A DNA stretch of 64,000 bases from Gemmatimonadota bacterium (GCA_040389905.1 JAZJZK010000007.1:287492-351491); one strand, 5' to 3'. Positions 19,899 to 30,663 are shown, counted from the stretch's first letter. A program made the numbers and translations. The notes: generated from the letters alone by a model not told the origin.

Positions 19899-20289
19899 CT
19901 CTTATGATAGGTGCTCGGGTACCGGTGCATGTCGTACTCCATATACACCGTGTCGTGGCGCGACGTTGGGTGATTGCATACACGCACCGAGGAGACTGCG
20001 TCGCGAGGAGAGTCGATACGCAAAGTGCTCAGGTTTGCAGCACTCTTTTCACTCGTGTTTTCAGTCTTTTCGCGCGCACACACCGACCGTTAAACCGGGT
20101 GCACTTCACACCCCGAATGGAGAAGGACAACATCATGCAACGCGCCAATACCAACCATCAACGCCAGTCCGGTGATGAAGGGGGTCAATCGCAAAAAATT
20201 CGCTGTTGCTTGCGGCACCGCGGACAGCGCGTTCGCTCGCGCTCACTTGACGGCTCACTCGCTTGCGCTCGTTCGACGCGGGCTAGAGG

Positions 20290-20922
20290 CTACAGGGCTA
20301 CTCGCAGTAGCGCACCGACCGCCAACAGCGTGTGCGGCGTCCGGCGCGTGTCATCCTGGCGAGTCAGGAACGTATCGAGACTCGACTTGCTCGTCAGCGG
20401 CACACGCGTTCCGATCGTCTTGTCGATTCGGTTGAGCGTTCGGTACCGCGAGTCGTACCACAAATCGAACTGGCCGTACGTCCAGAGGGGCACTCCGAAG
20501 AGATCCACGTCGTGGCCGATCGCTGCCCGATTCACGACGCGCTCCGAGTAGACGCGATTGACGTTGCGGATCTCGAAGCGTGTGCGATCGCGCAACTCGA
20601 ACCCGCCGCCGAGCGGAATCGTCGTATAGACCGTCGGGATGTAGCGGTGCTCGGTGACCGTCGGCTGCGTGACTTGCCGCACCTCGAGCGCGAAGCGGAA
20701 GAGTCCGTACGTTGGGGATACGACGCCGAGCCCCAGGATCCGCTCGTTCGGCGCGAGGTCGGCCATCTGCAGGTGCTGCTCGTAGAGAAACTGCAGCCCG
20801 TAGCCCGCATAGCGCGGGCTGGTCATGATGATTTCCGGGCGGTATTCGTGTGTCGAACCTTGTGCGCGCGCTGTCGCAGTACTCGCGACGAGCAGCAGCG
20901 ACGCGAGGAGAGCGTAGCGCAT
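20290..20922 (-). CDS. Small outer-membrane beta-barrel (DUF2490-like)
   Basis: Signal peptide; EHRY..RDRTRFEIR..R..NR pattern; alternating strands. Confidence 0.7.
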   Translation of the reverse strand: MRYALLASLLLVASTATARAQGSTHEYRPEIIMTSPRYAGYGLQFLYEQHLQMADLAPNERILGLGVVSPTYGLFRFALEVRQVTQPTVTEHRYIPTVYTTIPLGGGFELRDRTRFEIRNVNRVYSERVVNRAAIGHDVDLFGVPLWTYGQFDLWYDSRYRTLNRIDKTIGTRVPLTSKSSLDTFLTRQDDTRRTPHTLLAVGALLRVAL

Positions 20923-20998
20923 TCAGAAAGGGCGGGAGGAAGCTGACCCGAAAGTTAGTCCGTCGAACGTCACGACGAAACGCCCTCGCGAAACCTGT

Positions 20999-21013
20999 TG
21001 GCACTGTTGCTGC
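20999..21013 (+). promoter_or_regulatory. Putative sigma-54 promoter
   Basis: TGGCAC-N5-CTGC, GG-N10-GC spacing, just upstream of ATGs at 21027/21036. Confidence 0.45.
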
Positions 21014-21035
21014 CTTGATGGTGTGCATGACTTTC

Positions 21036-21725
21036 ATGCGCTCACTCATACTTGCGTTCGCCACCATCGCGGCACTGGCTGCGCGCGCAGATGCGCAGCG
21101 ACGCCATGGCAAGACCGGACGAGCACCGCTGCCGCTGGCCCTGCACGGCTCGAAGGCGAGCGTCGAAAAGATGTACGGCTTCGCCCGCCTCCACCGCATG
21201 CCCTTCTACCTGACGCAGACCAACGTCGATACCGCGATCGCGCGCGGGCGCCTCGTTCCGCTGTCAGGCGATGCCGCGTACGAGATGACACGCGGGGTTG
21301 GCTTCTCGTACGCAACACGAGAGACGAAGGCATTCGTGTCCGCGTTTGCCCGCCAGTTCGCCATGGCCTGCGATTCGCCGCTCACGGTGACCAGTGCCGC
21401 GCGGCCGCTGAACCGGCAACCGCGCAACGCGAATCCGCATTCCGTGCATCCGGCCGGTATCGCGGTGGACATCCGGCGGCCACCGTCTGGGCCGTGCCTC
21501 ACCTGGGTTCGCGGCGCGCTCGCGACGCTCGAGGCACAAGGCATCGTGGAGGCGACGGAAGAGCGGCGACCCGTCCACCTGCACATCGCAGTGCTCGTCG
21601 CGCCGGGCGCGCCGGTGATACTGCCGCCGATGGCCGCGACGCGGCCGACGATTTCGTCCGCACTGTTCGCGAAGGACGCATCGATCATTGACTGGAACTG
21701 GAGCGGCGTCAATCGTCTACGTTGA
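21036..21725 (+). CDS. Exported M15-like Zn peptidase (DUF5715-like)
   Basis: Signal peptide; TVTSAAR, SVHPAGIAVD, HLHIAV. Confidence 0.75.
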   Translation: MRSLILAFATIAALAARADAQRRHGKTGRAPLPLALHGSKASVEKMYGFARLHRMPFYLTQTNVDTAIARGRLVPLSGDAAYEMTRGVGFSYATRETKAFVSAFARQFAMACDSPLTVTSAARPLNRQPRNANPHSVHPAGIAVDIRRPPSGPCLTWVRGALATLEAQGIVEATEERRPVHLHIAVLVAPGAPVILPPMAATRPTISSALFAKDASIIDWNWSGVNRLR

Positions 21726-21747
21726 GAGAACTTCTCGACTCGACGAC

Positions 21748-22818
21748 ATGACCGCCTCGCTCTTCTCGACACTCGACCTTCGCTCAGTGACGCTTCGCAA
21801 TCGGATCGTCGTCAGTCCGATGTGCCAGTATTCCAGCACCGATGGCTTTGCCAACGACTGGCACCTGGTGCACCTCGGCGGACTCGCCACGGGCGGCGCG
21901 GGGCTGGTGTTTACCGAAGCCACGGCGATTTCGCCCGAGAGCCGCATCTCTCCGCATGACCTTGGCATCTGGAAAGACGACCATGTCGAGATGCTCTCGC
22001 GGATCACGCGCTTCATCGAGAATCAGGGCGCGGCGTCCGGCATGCAGATCGCCCACGCCGGTCGAAAAGGCAGCCTCGACGCGCCATGGCGCGGTGGCCG
22101 AGCCTTGTCGCCGAGCGATGGCGGATGGACGCCGCTGCTCGCGCCGAGTGCGATTCCCTTCTCACACCACTACCAGACGCCGATGGAGATGAGCGTGCAG
22201 GAGATTGCGCGCTCACTGTACGACTTTCGCAGCGCCGCGGAGCGCGCACTGGCGGCGGGGTTTCGGGTGATCGAACTGCACGGCGCCCACGGCTACCTCT
22301 TGCACGAGTTCCTCTCACCGCTCAGCAACCACCGGACCGATGCCTACGGTGGGTCGTTCGAAAAGCGTGTGCGCTACGTGATCGAGGCCATCGACGTCAT
22401 ACGCGATGTCTGGCCGGAGCGCCTGCCACTCTTTCTCCGCATCTCCGCCACGGACTGGGCAGAGGGAGGGTGGGATGTGGAACAATCGATCGAGCTGGTA
22501 CGTCTCGCGCACGCCCACGGCGTCGATGTCGTGGACTGCTCGACCGGAGGCAACGTTGCCGGTGCGAAGATTCCGGTGGGACCGGGTTATCAGGTTCCCT
22601 TTGCCGATCGCATTCGGCGTGAGACCGGCGTGCCTGTGGGCGCGGTCGGGATGATTACGGAGTCGGGGCAGGCGGAAGAGATCATCTCGCGCGGCCAGGC
22701 CGATGTCGTCATTCTCGCGCGCGAACTACTTCGGGATCCGCATTGGCCATTGCGCGCGGCGCGGGAACTCGGTGTTGATGTCAAATGGCCGCCGCAGTAT
22801 GAGAGGGCCAAGTTGTAA
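21748..22818 (+). CDS. namA: NADH:flavin oxidoreductase (YqjM/NamA-type old yellow enzyme)
   Basis: NRIVVSPMCQYS, QIAHAGRK, HGAHGYLLHEFLSP, C-terminal PPQYERA. Confidence 0.9.
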   Translation: MTASLFSTLDLRSVTLRNRIVVSPMCQYSSTDGFANDWHLVHLGGLATGGAGLVFTEATAISPESRISPHDLGIWKDDHVEMLSRITRFIENQGAASGMQIAHAGRKGSLDAPWRGGRALSPSDGGWTPLLAPSAIPFSHHYQTPMEMSVQEIARSLYDFRSAAERALAAGFRVIELHGAHGYLLHEFLSPLSNHRTDAYGGSFEKRVRYVIEAIDVIRDVWPERLPLFLRISATDWAEGGWDVEQSIELVRLAHAHGVDVVDCSTGGNVAGAKIPVGPGYQVPFADRIRRETGVPVGAVGMITESGQAEEIISRGQADVVILARELLRDPHWPLRAARELGVDVKWPPQYERAKL

Positions 22819-22835
22819 GCGCGTCAGCGTACGTC

Positions 22836-23248
22836 GCACCTGCACGTTGAACGCCGCACCGGCACATTGAACGTTGCACCGGCACATTGAACGTTGCACC
22901 GGCACATTGAACGTTGCACCGGCACGTTGAACGCCGCACCGGCACATTGAACGTTGCACCGGCACATTGAACGTTGCACCGGCACATTGAACGTTGCACC
23001 GGCCCATTGAACGCGGATTGAGCGGGTTGAAGCGGATAAGATCTGATTGAAAAGACTTTGAACAAAGGCTTTGTCAGATTTGATCCGCTTCAACCCGCCC
23101 AATCCGCGTTCAATGTGCCGGTGCACGAGTGTCGCGTTCACTGTGCTGGTGCACGAGTGTCGCGTTCAAGGTGCCGGTGCACGAGTGTCGCGTTCAAAGG
23201 TGCCGGTGCACGAATGTCGCGTTCAATGTGCCGGTGCGCGAAGTTCGC
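22836..23248. repeat. Composite repeat: 9 x 20-bp tandem array, ~51-bp inverted repeat, 5 x ~28-bp tandem array
   Basis: GCACCGGCACATTGAACGTT units on the left, GCGTTCAATGTGCCGGTGCACGAGTGTC units on the right; shared core in inverted orientation. Confidence 0.95.
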
Positions 23249-23250
23249 GG

Positions 23251-24429
23251 TCAACGAATGGCCGGCAGTAATTCATCAAAGAAGATCTGCACTCCGGACC
23301 ACGACGACGACCCAAGAGCGGCGGTGAAGACGACAATCAAATCGAGCCTGGGGTCGATGAAGAGCCACTGACCGCCTGATCCGGATGCCGCGATGATGTA
23401 GTCGTCACCGCTTGCGCTTCCGGGCTGGTTGTTGCGCGGGAAGAGCCACCAGTACATGCCGTAGTCCGTATTTCTCGGGAAGTACCGTTCCGTTGATGTC
23501 GTGACGCGACGCGTCGAACTGTCGATCCACGCGCGCGGCACAATTTGCTTCCCCGCCCACGATCCACGCCGCAGCACCAGATAACCGATCCGCGCGAGAT
23601 CCGACGTCCGCAGGTCAAGCCCGCCTCCCAAGTGCGGGAGACCATTCGGGTTCCCCTTGTACCAGCTCCAATTCGAGATCCCAAGCGGCGTGAAAAGCTT
23701 CTGCCGTGCATATTCGTCGGCAGGCATGCCGGTCGCGGCGAACAGAATGCCGCCGACGACAATCGGTGCACCACTGTTGTACTGCCACGTCGTGCCGGGC
23801 GTGCCCGTCATCGGCCGATCGAGAATCAAGTGCAGCCAGTCGCAGCCCCTGCAATCATTCAATTGCTGAAGTGGAGACCCGGGGTATGGGTTCTCATAGA
23901 ATGACATGCTCGTGCGCATCGTCAACAAATGCCGGAGCGAAAGCGCGCGCTTTTCCGCGTCAACGTTCGCGAGGTCGCTGTATTCCGGAAAGAAGCTGAG
24001 CACCGGAGCGTCGAGGCTCGAGAGGTGACCTTCGTCGAACGCGATGCCCGTGAGCAGCGACGTCACGCTCTTCGTCACCGACTGCATCGTGTGCGTGCTA
24101 CCGGCCGTCACGCCGTAGTACTGCTCGGCGACCACCTACCCGTGGCGCGCCACGAAAAAACTGTGCATGCCGGAGAAGTCGCCCTTGCCGAGCCGGCCAG
24201 TGATCGAGCGGAGAACATCTTCGTCGATACCGACGCGCACCGGAGATGTCGTACGCCACGCAGCGGCTGGCCAATACGCGAGGCCCGAATCGATGACGGA
24301 CACCGTATCGGGCACGCCGGTGAGTGTCGCGGTGGCGTTCGTTTGGCCTCCGCATGCACAGGCGAAAAGAACCGCCACCGCCGCGACGGACAGTGCGACG
24401 CCCCTGGATGTCTCAGTCGGCGAATTCAC
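23251..24429 (-). pseudogene. Beta-lactamase-family serine hydrolase lipoprotein interrupted by in-frame TAG (24136-24138)
   Basis: Contiguous frame ...FFVARHG*VVAEQYYG...; SVTK, LLTMRTS, YNS motifs; lipobox-like LFACAC. Confidence 0.8.
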
Positions 24430-24671
24430 CGATGAGGCTCCATCGCCAAATGATGCGGCGTGGAAGGGCGCGGCAAAAGCTGTGGCTTAATTACCCCAGC
24501 TTCTGACATAGCTCCTGCGCACGAGCGAAAAGCGCGAAGATCTGAAGGGAATGAAAAGCATGATGTAACGCGATGAAATTTAAGGAGTTACAAGCTGTCT
24601 GCGCGGCTAATTCTGCCGTGGGCATGGACTTGCATTCGGTCGCGTTCGGTAACCACCCAAAACCCGCGACG

Positions 24672-25250
24672 ATGCGAATCAACTCATTCTTCACCGTTGC
24701 AGCAATCGCTGCACTTTTCGCCACGCCTGCTCGCGCGCAGTACTCGACGCCCATGGCTGGTAGTAACGACTATCAATTCCAGTGCTACAACTCGGCAGAA
24801 TTGGACCAATTCTCCCCCTTTTATTGCAACAGCAACAATAACGCAATCTGGCACGTTGGGGATTACTGGCAAAAAACCGTATTCACCGGTCTCCCGAGCA
24901 CTGCCTCCATCTCGTGGAGTTTCGAGATGCTTAATTGGCAGTCACTCAACTTCGACGTCTTTGTCAATGGCACGGACGTTGGCGATTGGCGGCTGTCTGG
25001 CGACCCCGCTATCGGGTCAGTCGCACTCAATACCACGATTGGTAGCGCTTTCACCATTCGATGGCAGCTCAAGGAAGGGTTGTGTGAAGGTTGCGGTGCC
25101 TTGGAGTTGGAGAACTACTCGCAATCCACCCTGTGGGCTGACGGACCCGTTGTCGATTCGACTCCTGAACCTGCTTCGGTCATGCTTCTCGGAACGGGAC
25201 TCGTAGGTGTCGCGACCCTCACGCGCAGGCGGAAGCGCAGCGCGAGGTAG
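24672..25250 (+). CDS. PEP-CTERM protein
   Basis: Signal peptide; TPEPASVMLLGTGLVGVATLTRRRKR tail; visibly lower GC than flanks. Confidence 0.9.
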   Translation: MRINSFFTVAAIAALFATPARAQYSTPMAGSNDYQFQCYNSAELDQFSPFYCNSNNNAIWHVGDYWQKTVFTGLPSTASISWSFEMLNWQSLNFDVFVNGTDVGDWRLSGDPAIGSVALNTTIGSAFTIRWQLKEGLCEGCGALELENYSQSTLWADGPVVDSTPEPASVMLLGTGLVGVATLTRRRKRSAR

Positions 25251-25399
25251 TCGTCCGCAAGGTTCGATGAACGTGAGCACGAGGTACTCTCCGCTGGGGC
25301 AGAGTACCTCGTTTTGCGTTCCGGCGATGGACTGGCGCCTGAGCCTTCTGCCGATGCAGCTTTGGAGGAGAATTCCACCTACCCCGAGGCCGCATCGCA

Positions 25400-26983
25400 A
25401 TGTCCTCCGACGATTCTTCCAACGTGTCCCGTCGAGCCTTCGTCAAGGGCTCCGCTACTACCGCCGCCGCCTTCGCGCTCGGACCCATGATCGTTCCCCG
25501 TCATGTACTCGGCGGTGTCGGCTACCAAGCGCCAAGCGATACCCTCAACGTCGCCATGGTCGGCATTGGCGGAATGGGGATGTCGAACTACGCGTCGCTC
25601 GTAGCGGCCGGCGTCAACGTCGTCGCGATTTGCGACGCAGACTTTCCGTATGTCGAGCGTTCCCTCGCTGGCCGCATGCGTCCGGCCACCGGCCAGACCG
25701 CTCCGAGTGAAGCGGCACAGAAGCTCCAGGCTTCCTACACGAACGCGAAGAAGTACACCGACTTTCGCGTGATGCTCGAGCAGCAGAAGGACATCGAGGC
25801 CGTATCCATTGCCACGCCCGATCACCTGCACGCGATCATTGCGTACGCCGCGATGAAGGCGGGGAAGCACGTGTACGTCCAGAAGCCGCTCACGTATTCC
25901 GTGCAGGAAGCGCGCATCCTCGCGAAGACGGCGCGGGACATGAAAGTCGTCACGCAGATGGGCAACCAGGGACACTCGGGCGACGGAACGCGCCGTATCA
26001 TGGAGCTCATCGGCGCCGGCGTCATCGGACCGATCAAGGATGTGCACATCTGGACGGATCGTCCGCTGCGGTACTGGGCGCAGGGCATTCCGCGCCCAAC
26101 CGCACCCAACGCCGCGCCAGCAGCCACACCGCCGGCACCCGCTCCGGGCGCACCCGTCGTGCCGCCGAGGTGGGACATGCGGACCGTTGATCGCGCGGTC
26201 CTCAAGGCCATGGCGGAGAATCCGCAGACGATTCCCGCGGGGCTGGAATGGGATCTCTTCCTCGGACCCGCGAAAAACCTCCCGTATCATCCGTCCTATC
26301 ATCCCTTCAGCTGGCGCGGGTGGGTGGACTTTGGCGTGAGCGCGATCGGCGACATGGGTGCGCACCTCGTCGACCAACCGTTCTGGGCGCTGGGCCTCGA
26401 GTATCCGACGAGCATCATTTCGTCGTCCACGCCATGGGGCGGAGGCGCGAAGGATCCAGGCACATATCCGCTCGCCATGACGACGCGCTACGAATTCGCC
26501 GCGCGGGGCTCGGCGCCTCCGGTTGCGCTGCACTGGTATGACGGCGGTCTGATGCCGATGCTCGATGCGGAGTTCGAGCTGCCCGGTGGCGACGGCGGCG
26601 GCGGTGTATTCGTCGGGGAGAAGGGATTCCTCACCTACGAGACTTACGGAAACAACCCCAAGGTGTTCGGTCCCGGCGCCGCGGAACGCGCGGCCCAGGT
26701 TCCGACGTCATTTGCGCGCGTCAAGACGTCGCACGAAGCGAATTGGGCCGAGGCCTGTAAGGGGAAGGGTACCGCAAGCTCGCCGTTCGACTATGCCGCC
26801 AAACTCACCGAGACGATGCTCCTCGGCATCGTCGCGTTGCGCGCCGGCCAGTCAAAGAAGATCCTGTACGACGGTGCGCAGATGCGCGTCACGAACATCG
26901 CGGATGCCAACCAGTGGTTGACGCGCGAGTATCGTGCGGGCTGGCAGCCGTGGAGTTCAGCGGAGGCGTCTGCGGCGATCTGA
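25400..26983 (+). CDS. Tat-exported Gfo/Idh/MocA oxidoreductase
   Basis: SRRAFVK Tat motif; GIGGMG; ATPDHLH; YVQKPL; GDMGAH. Confidence 0.92.
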   Translation: MSSDDSSNVSRRAFVKGSATTAAAFALGPMIVPRHVLGGVGYQAPSDTLNVAMVGIGGMGMSNYASLVAAGVNVVAICDADFPYVERSLAGRMRPATGQTAPSEAAQKLQASYTNAKKYTDFRVMLEQQKDIEAVSIATPDHLHAIIAYAAMKAGKHVYVQKPLTYSVQEARILAKTARDMKVVTQMGNQGHSGDGTRRIMELIGAGVIGPIKDVHIWTDRPLRYWAQGIPRPTAPNAAPAATPPAPAPGAPVVPPRWDMRTVDRAVLKAMAENPQTIPAGLEWDLFLGPAKNLPYHPSYHPFSWRGWVDFGVSAIGDMGAHLVDQPFWALGLEYPTSIISSSTPWGGGAKDPGTYPLAMTTRYEFAARGSAPPVALHWYDGGLMPMLDAEFELPGGDGGGGVFVGEKGFLTYETYGNNPKVFGPGAAERAAQVPTSFARVKTSHEANWAEACKGKGTASSPFDYAAKLTETMLLGIVALRAGQSKKILYDGAQMRVTNIADANQWLTREYRAGWQPWSSAEASAAI

Positions 26984-27076
26984 TCGTTTTGTCGCCCTGA
27001 ACGAAGCGAAGGGCCCGCACCTCACGCGTTCAACAGCAGGTACGGGCCCTTCGTTGCACTCAGGGCGACAAAACGA
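26984..27076. repeat. REP-like inverted repeat, TTTTGTCGCCCTGA family, complete copy
   Basis: TCGTTTTGTCGCCCTGA..CGAAGGGCCCG / CGGGCCCTTCG..TCAGGGCGACAAAACGA. Confidence 0.85.
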
Positions 27077-27244
27077 GCGTAACCGCGCAAGAGGCTCCAG
27101 TGCATGTGCGCTGGGGTCTTCTGTTTTCCCCCATGCGTTGGAATGAGCCTGCCTGCAAGGAAACGGTGACGCGTTTCGAGCCGCACTCTGCGATGATCCC
27201 TGCGCTCGCACACACGCACACTCTCACCCACGCAGAGGACACCC

Positions 27245-27547
27245 ATGCCGGACGACAGACTCGATCAGATCATCGACGCACTCGATCGCAAGCACCAGCG
27301 CGCCACGTACGGAGCCGTGGCATCGTTGCTGGGCAAAGCGCCGCGCACACTCATGAGCGGACGTGACCGCGACATGCGGCACTCATGGGTGGTCAACCGC
27401 AAGAACGGCCAACCCACGGGCTACGAACCCGAACTCATGCATCCCGACCTCCTCGGCAGCGAGCGCATCATCGAGACGCGCGACGAGCTCGAGAAGTGGC
27501 TCGCCGTCCATGCGGCGAGCGTACTGCAGGCACAACGGGCAGCGTAG
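27245..27547 (+). CDS. MGMT/alkyltransferase-like DNA-binding domain protein
   Basis: ATYGAVASLLG..PR..HSWVVNRKNG resembles the MGMT DNA-binding domain, no Cys. Confidence 0.6.
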   Translation: MPDDRLDQIIDALDRKHQRATYGAVASLLGKAPRTLMSGRDRDMRHSWVVNRKNGQPTGYEPELMHPDLLGSERIIETRDELEKWLAVHAASVLQAQRAA

Positions 27548-27557
27548 TTCCGGCCGG

Positions 27558-29816
27558 TCAGCGCGCGTCGACGTAAAGGTCGACGCGCCAATCGGCGGAG
27601 CCGCGCAGTTTACGCGAAGCATCGGCGCGAAAGAGTCCGTCGAGCAGGGCCACACCTATTCCCGCAGATGAGAGCCGCTGTGTGGCCCTCGTTATATCTG
27701 CGCGCGGACCTGCCCATCCCACATCGGCGAACACCCGAGGGCGAATCAACGGATTGCCCTTCGCCAATTCGGCGCGTCCCATCCAGAAGGCATCACCTCG
27801 CGCATCGCCTGCGACATACGCGTGCACAGTGTGCGGCCCGCCGAGATACCAGAGGCGCTGCGCGGGCACCGTTCCAAGCGAGGAGCCAGCGCCACCGGAC
27901 ACGGTCGCTTCGAGGTCACCGCCCAATCCGTGTCCGATCGTCAGTTCCGTCGTGCCGCGACCATACGTGCTTTCTCCGAGCGCCGCTTCCGCGCGCACGC
28001 CGCCCGTGACCCGAAGGCCGCGAGGGTCGACGCCTGACGTGAATCCGATTCCGCCCGCACTGCCCGCGTATATGCCTTCGCGGGCCGTGATGTTCGCGGT
28101 GAACTGGCTGCCATTGACCGCATTGGCGATGGATCGATCGGTTCCGACCTTGGCGGTCGATTGCTGCTCGGCGAAGATTCGCCAGGTGTATGCCGGCGCA
28201 TCGGGCGCGCTCCGAAACGTGCCCCGCGCTTCGGCGCCCAGACTGCGATAGTAGAAGCCATCGTCGCGCCCGAACAATGCGGCGCTGACAGACGCGCCGA
28301 GGCCCAACGGACTTCCCCAATCGTTCGCCGCGTCGAGACGACGGTACGCGGCGGCGCGAATTTCGGCACGTCCACTCGCGCGCTGGAGAAAGAGCTCCGC
28401 ATTCGGCTGACGGTCTGCGAGCCCTACGTGAGCGATGAGACCTGCGTCGTAACCGTTCCCAAGCACCTGTTCAATTGCGACGCCGCCGGACAGCCCTTCG
28501 ATGCGATTGTACCGCCACAAACCGCGGTCGATTCCGACGCTCAAGGTCCGCGGCTGCGGATGCCACGCCGCTTGATTCGAGAGCGCAAAGGCAGTTTGCA
28601 CTTCCTTGCGAATTGCCGAGAGGTCCGATTCGGTGAACAATTCCTCGCTGGGCGAATAGATCGACGGCGGAAGCAACGGCGACGTCGCCATTGCCTCGAC
28701 GTCGCACGGAAGGAGCACGCTCGTGCGCATTCCTTCAACCGTCATGATCGTGAGGCGCTTGTCGACCATCAGGGACTCCGGGCTCCATGCCGCGCTCGTC
28801 GAATCACCTGTCGGGCGACAACGCTGCGTGCGCTGCTCGACCCCGCGCCACTTGGGCCGGCGAATTCGGCCATCGCGCGGGTCGATGGAGGGCGGCTCCT
28901 GTGCGACGAGAACCGGAGCGCCGGGAGCGATTGCGCTTACGCTCTCGTACGTGAATGTCTGTTCGATCGACATCGTAATTCGGCCACCCTTCGCCGTTCC
29001 TTCCCCTTCGGCGATGCGAATGCGCGGAAGCCAGAAGCGCCCCGCGTACAATCCATGCTCGACGATGATCTCACGAATGGTGCCGGTGAATGGCCCGAAC
29101 GTCTTTACCTTGTCGCGATCGTTGCGTCCGATCTCGCGTTCCATGAACGGCCACAAGTCCACCGGTGTGGACGGCCTGTATGCCGCACGAACGAGACTCC
29201 CACTTTCCGAATCGACCCAGAGCGAGCCGACGATCAGGTGCGACGCGGGCCGGCGTGGATGCACGCGAAGCTCGCGCACCCGAATGGTCTTGCCGTCGGG
29301 GAAACGCAGGTTCAGCGAGTCGCCAACCTCGAAGAGGTAGAGGCTGTCTGCACCCGCAGCGAGCGGGTGGGTAATCCAATCCTTCGCCATCGGTAGCGCG
29401 TCGCTGAGCTCCGCCGTGGGCCACAGACGGTCGCGTCCCGGTGCGTACGGGAACACCAGGCCCACATCCTCATCGACAGACTCAGGCTTCACCATGCCGT
29501 CCATCGGGACGACGGCGCGCGCGGCGATCAGCTCCGCCCATGCACCGTGTTGCTTGTTCCATCCGACACGCGCAACGGACTCGAACCGCGCGGCGAGCCG
29601 ATCACGGGCGATCGCCCCAAGCATGAAGCCGCGTGCGACGCCCAGTCCCGACGACATCCGCTGGCGCACCGTCGCGCGATAGTCGCCGAGTAGCGAGTCC
29701 TGCTGAAAGCGCGCGGAGCGCGCACGCGCGAGCAACGTTTCAGCGGAGAGTTGCGGCAGCGCCGAATTGGCCGCGCTGAGCTGGAGGGCGACGAGCGCGC
29801 TGACCAGAAGTGGCAA
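27558..29816 (-). CDS. Outer-membrane protein with C-terminal beta-barrel
   Basis: Signal peptide; RYNRIEGL; LGGPHTVHAY..GDAFW; terminal strand RVDLYVDAR. Confidence 0.75.
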   Translation of the reverse strand: MPLLVSALVALQLSAANSALPQLSAETLLARARSARFQQDSLLGDYRATVRQRMSSGLGVARGFMLGAIARDRLAARFESVARVGWNKQHGAWAELIAARAVVPMDGMVKPESVDEDVGLVFPYAPGRDRLWPTAELSDALPMAKDWITHPLAAGADSLYLFEVGDSLNLRFPDGKTIRVRELRVHPRRPASHLIVGSLWVDSESGSLVRAAYRPSTPVDLWPFMEREIGRNDRDKVKTFGPFTGTIREIIVEHGLYAGRFWLPRIRIAEGEGTAKGGRITMSIEQTFTYESVSAIAPGAPVLVAQEPPSIDPRDGRIRRPKWRGVEQRTQRCRPTGDSTSAAWSPESLMVDKRLTIMTVEGMRTSVLLPCDVEAMATSPLLPPSIYSPSEELFTESDLSAIRKEVQTAFALSNQAAWHPQPRTLSVGIDRGLWRYNRIEGLSGGVAIEQVLGNGYDAGLIAHVGLADRQPNAELFLQRASGRAEIRAAAYRRLDAANDWGSPLGLGASVSAALFGRDDGFYYRSLGAEARGTFRSAPDAPAYTWRIFAEQQSTAKVGTDRSIANAVNGSQFTANITAREGIYAGSAGGIGFTSGVDPRGLRVTGGVRAEAALGESTYGRGTTELTIGHGLGGDLEATVSGGAGSSLGTVPAQRLWYLGGPHTVHAYVAGDARGDAFWMGRAELAKGNPLIRPRVFADVGWAGPRADITRATQRLSSAGIGVALLDGLFRADASRKLRGSADWRVDLYVDAR

Positions 29817-29888
29817 TGGAGGACTCGCGGTTGTTTGCGGGACCTACGCGGGCGCGACAGTGTCGGTTTCGGCGCCTGGGACGAGCCG

Positions 29889-30506
29889 TCAGTGGGTGGT
29901 GTCGATGCGTGCCATTTCCCACTCGCCGTTCCGTTTGATCAGCAACGCTTCACGGCGCAGTGTGTCGCGCTGCGCGCCGATTGCGTAGCCATCCGCGCCC
30001 ACGCGTACGGTGAAGACGTAGTCCGCGCGCGCCGAGTCTCGACCGACGATTGTCGGATTTTCGGTCAGGACAATTTCGCGCAAGCCGGCCGAAACTTCCC
30101 AGCCACGGCGGTACAGCCCATTGGGAAGGGTGTCACCGCGGACCGGGCGCCAGCGTGCTGCGGCACGTGCAGAGGTATCGCGAAGCGATGCGACACACCA
30201 GCCGGGATCCGTCACGACGCCGGCGGCGGTATCACGGAGCGTGACGTACTCAGCGAGTACAAGGGACCGCCAGCGTCCGACCGCGTCTCGGACGACCGCG
30301 TGGTCCGCATCAGAATTGATTTTGGCGAGCACCTCGGCGCAGGAGAACCAGGGAGGCCCGTCTGCCCAGATGCGCACAATCACCGGTGACCCATCGAGGC
30401 CAGGACTCGCGCGGCGGAGCGCGACGAGCGCCTCCTCACGACTCGGCGCCCACCCGCACGCCGTCGCCATCAGAATTGTGATCAGTGTGAGTCGGAGGCG
30501 TCGCAT
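29889..30506 (-). CDS. Hypothetical lipoprotein
   Basis: MRRLRLTLITILMATAC lipobox-like signal. Confidence 0.65.
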   Translation of the reverse strand: MRRLRLTLITILMATACGWAPSREEALVALRRASPGLDGSPVIVRIWADGPPWFSCAEVLAKINSDADHAVVRDAVGRWRSLVLAEYVTLRDTAAGVVTDPGWCVASLRDTSARAAARWRPVRGDTLPNGLYRRGWEVSAGLREIVLTENPTIVGRDSARADYVFTVRVGADGYAIGAQRDTLRREALLIKRNGEWEMARIDTTH

Positions 30507-30556
30507 CGCCACTCGACAGTGCGAGGAGCGGACCACGTGGCGCAACGAGCAGAACT

Positions 30557-30632
30557 GCAGGTGCGGGCCCTTCGCGGAGTCTACCCTCGAGGAGCGCAAG
30601 GGACGAAGGGCTCAGGGCGACAAAACGAGCGG
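30557..30632. repeat. REP-like element, TTTTGTCGCCCTGA family
   Basis: GCAGGTGCGGGCCCTTCG...CTCAGGGCGACAAAACGAGC. Confidence 0.75.
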
Positions 30633-30663
30633 ATCAGCATAACCCAGCCGATACCCGTCGCTA

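Noticed and set aside
22836..23248. CRISPR array
   Set aside because: Units are directly adjacent with no unique spacers, and no cas genes are in the window.
22726..23371. Cys-rich repetitive ORFs (CRCNVQCAG...) as RiPP or metallothionein
   Set aside because: Periods of 20 and 28 nt are not multiples of 3; these are translations of a DNA repeat.
24136..24138. Pyrrolysine recoding of the TAG
   Set aside because: Not a catalytic position, no pyl genes seen; nonsense mutation or error is more parsimonious.
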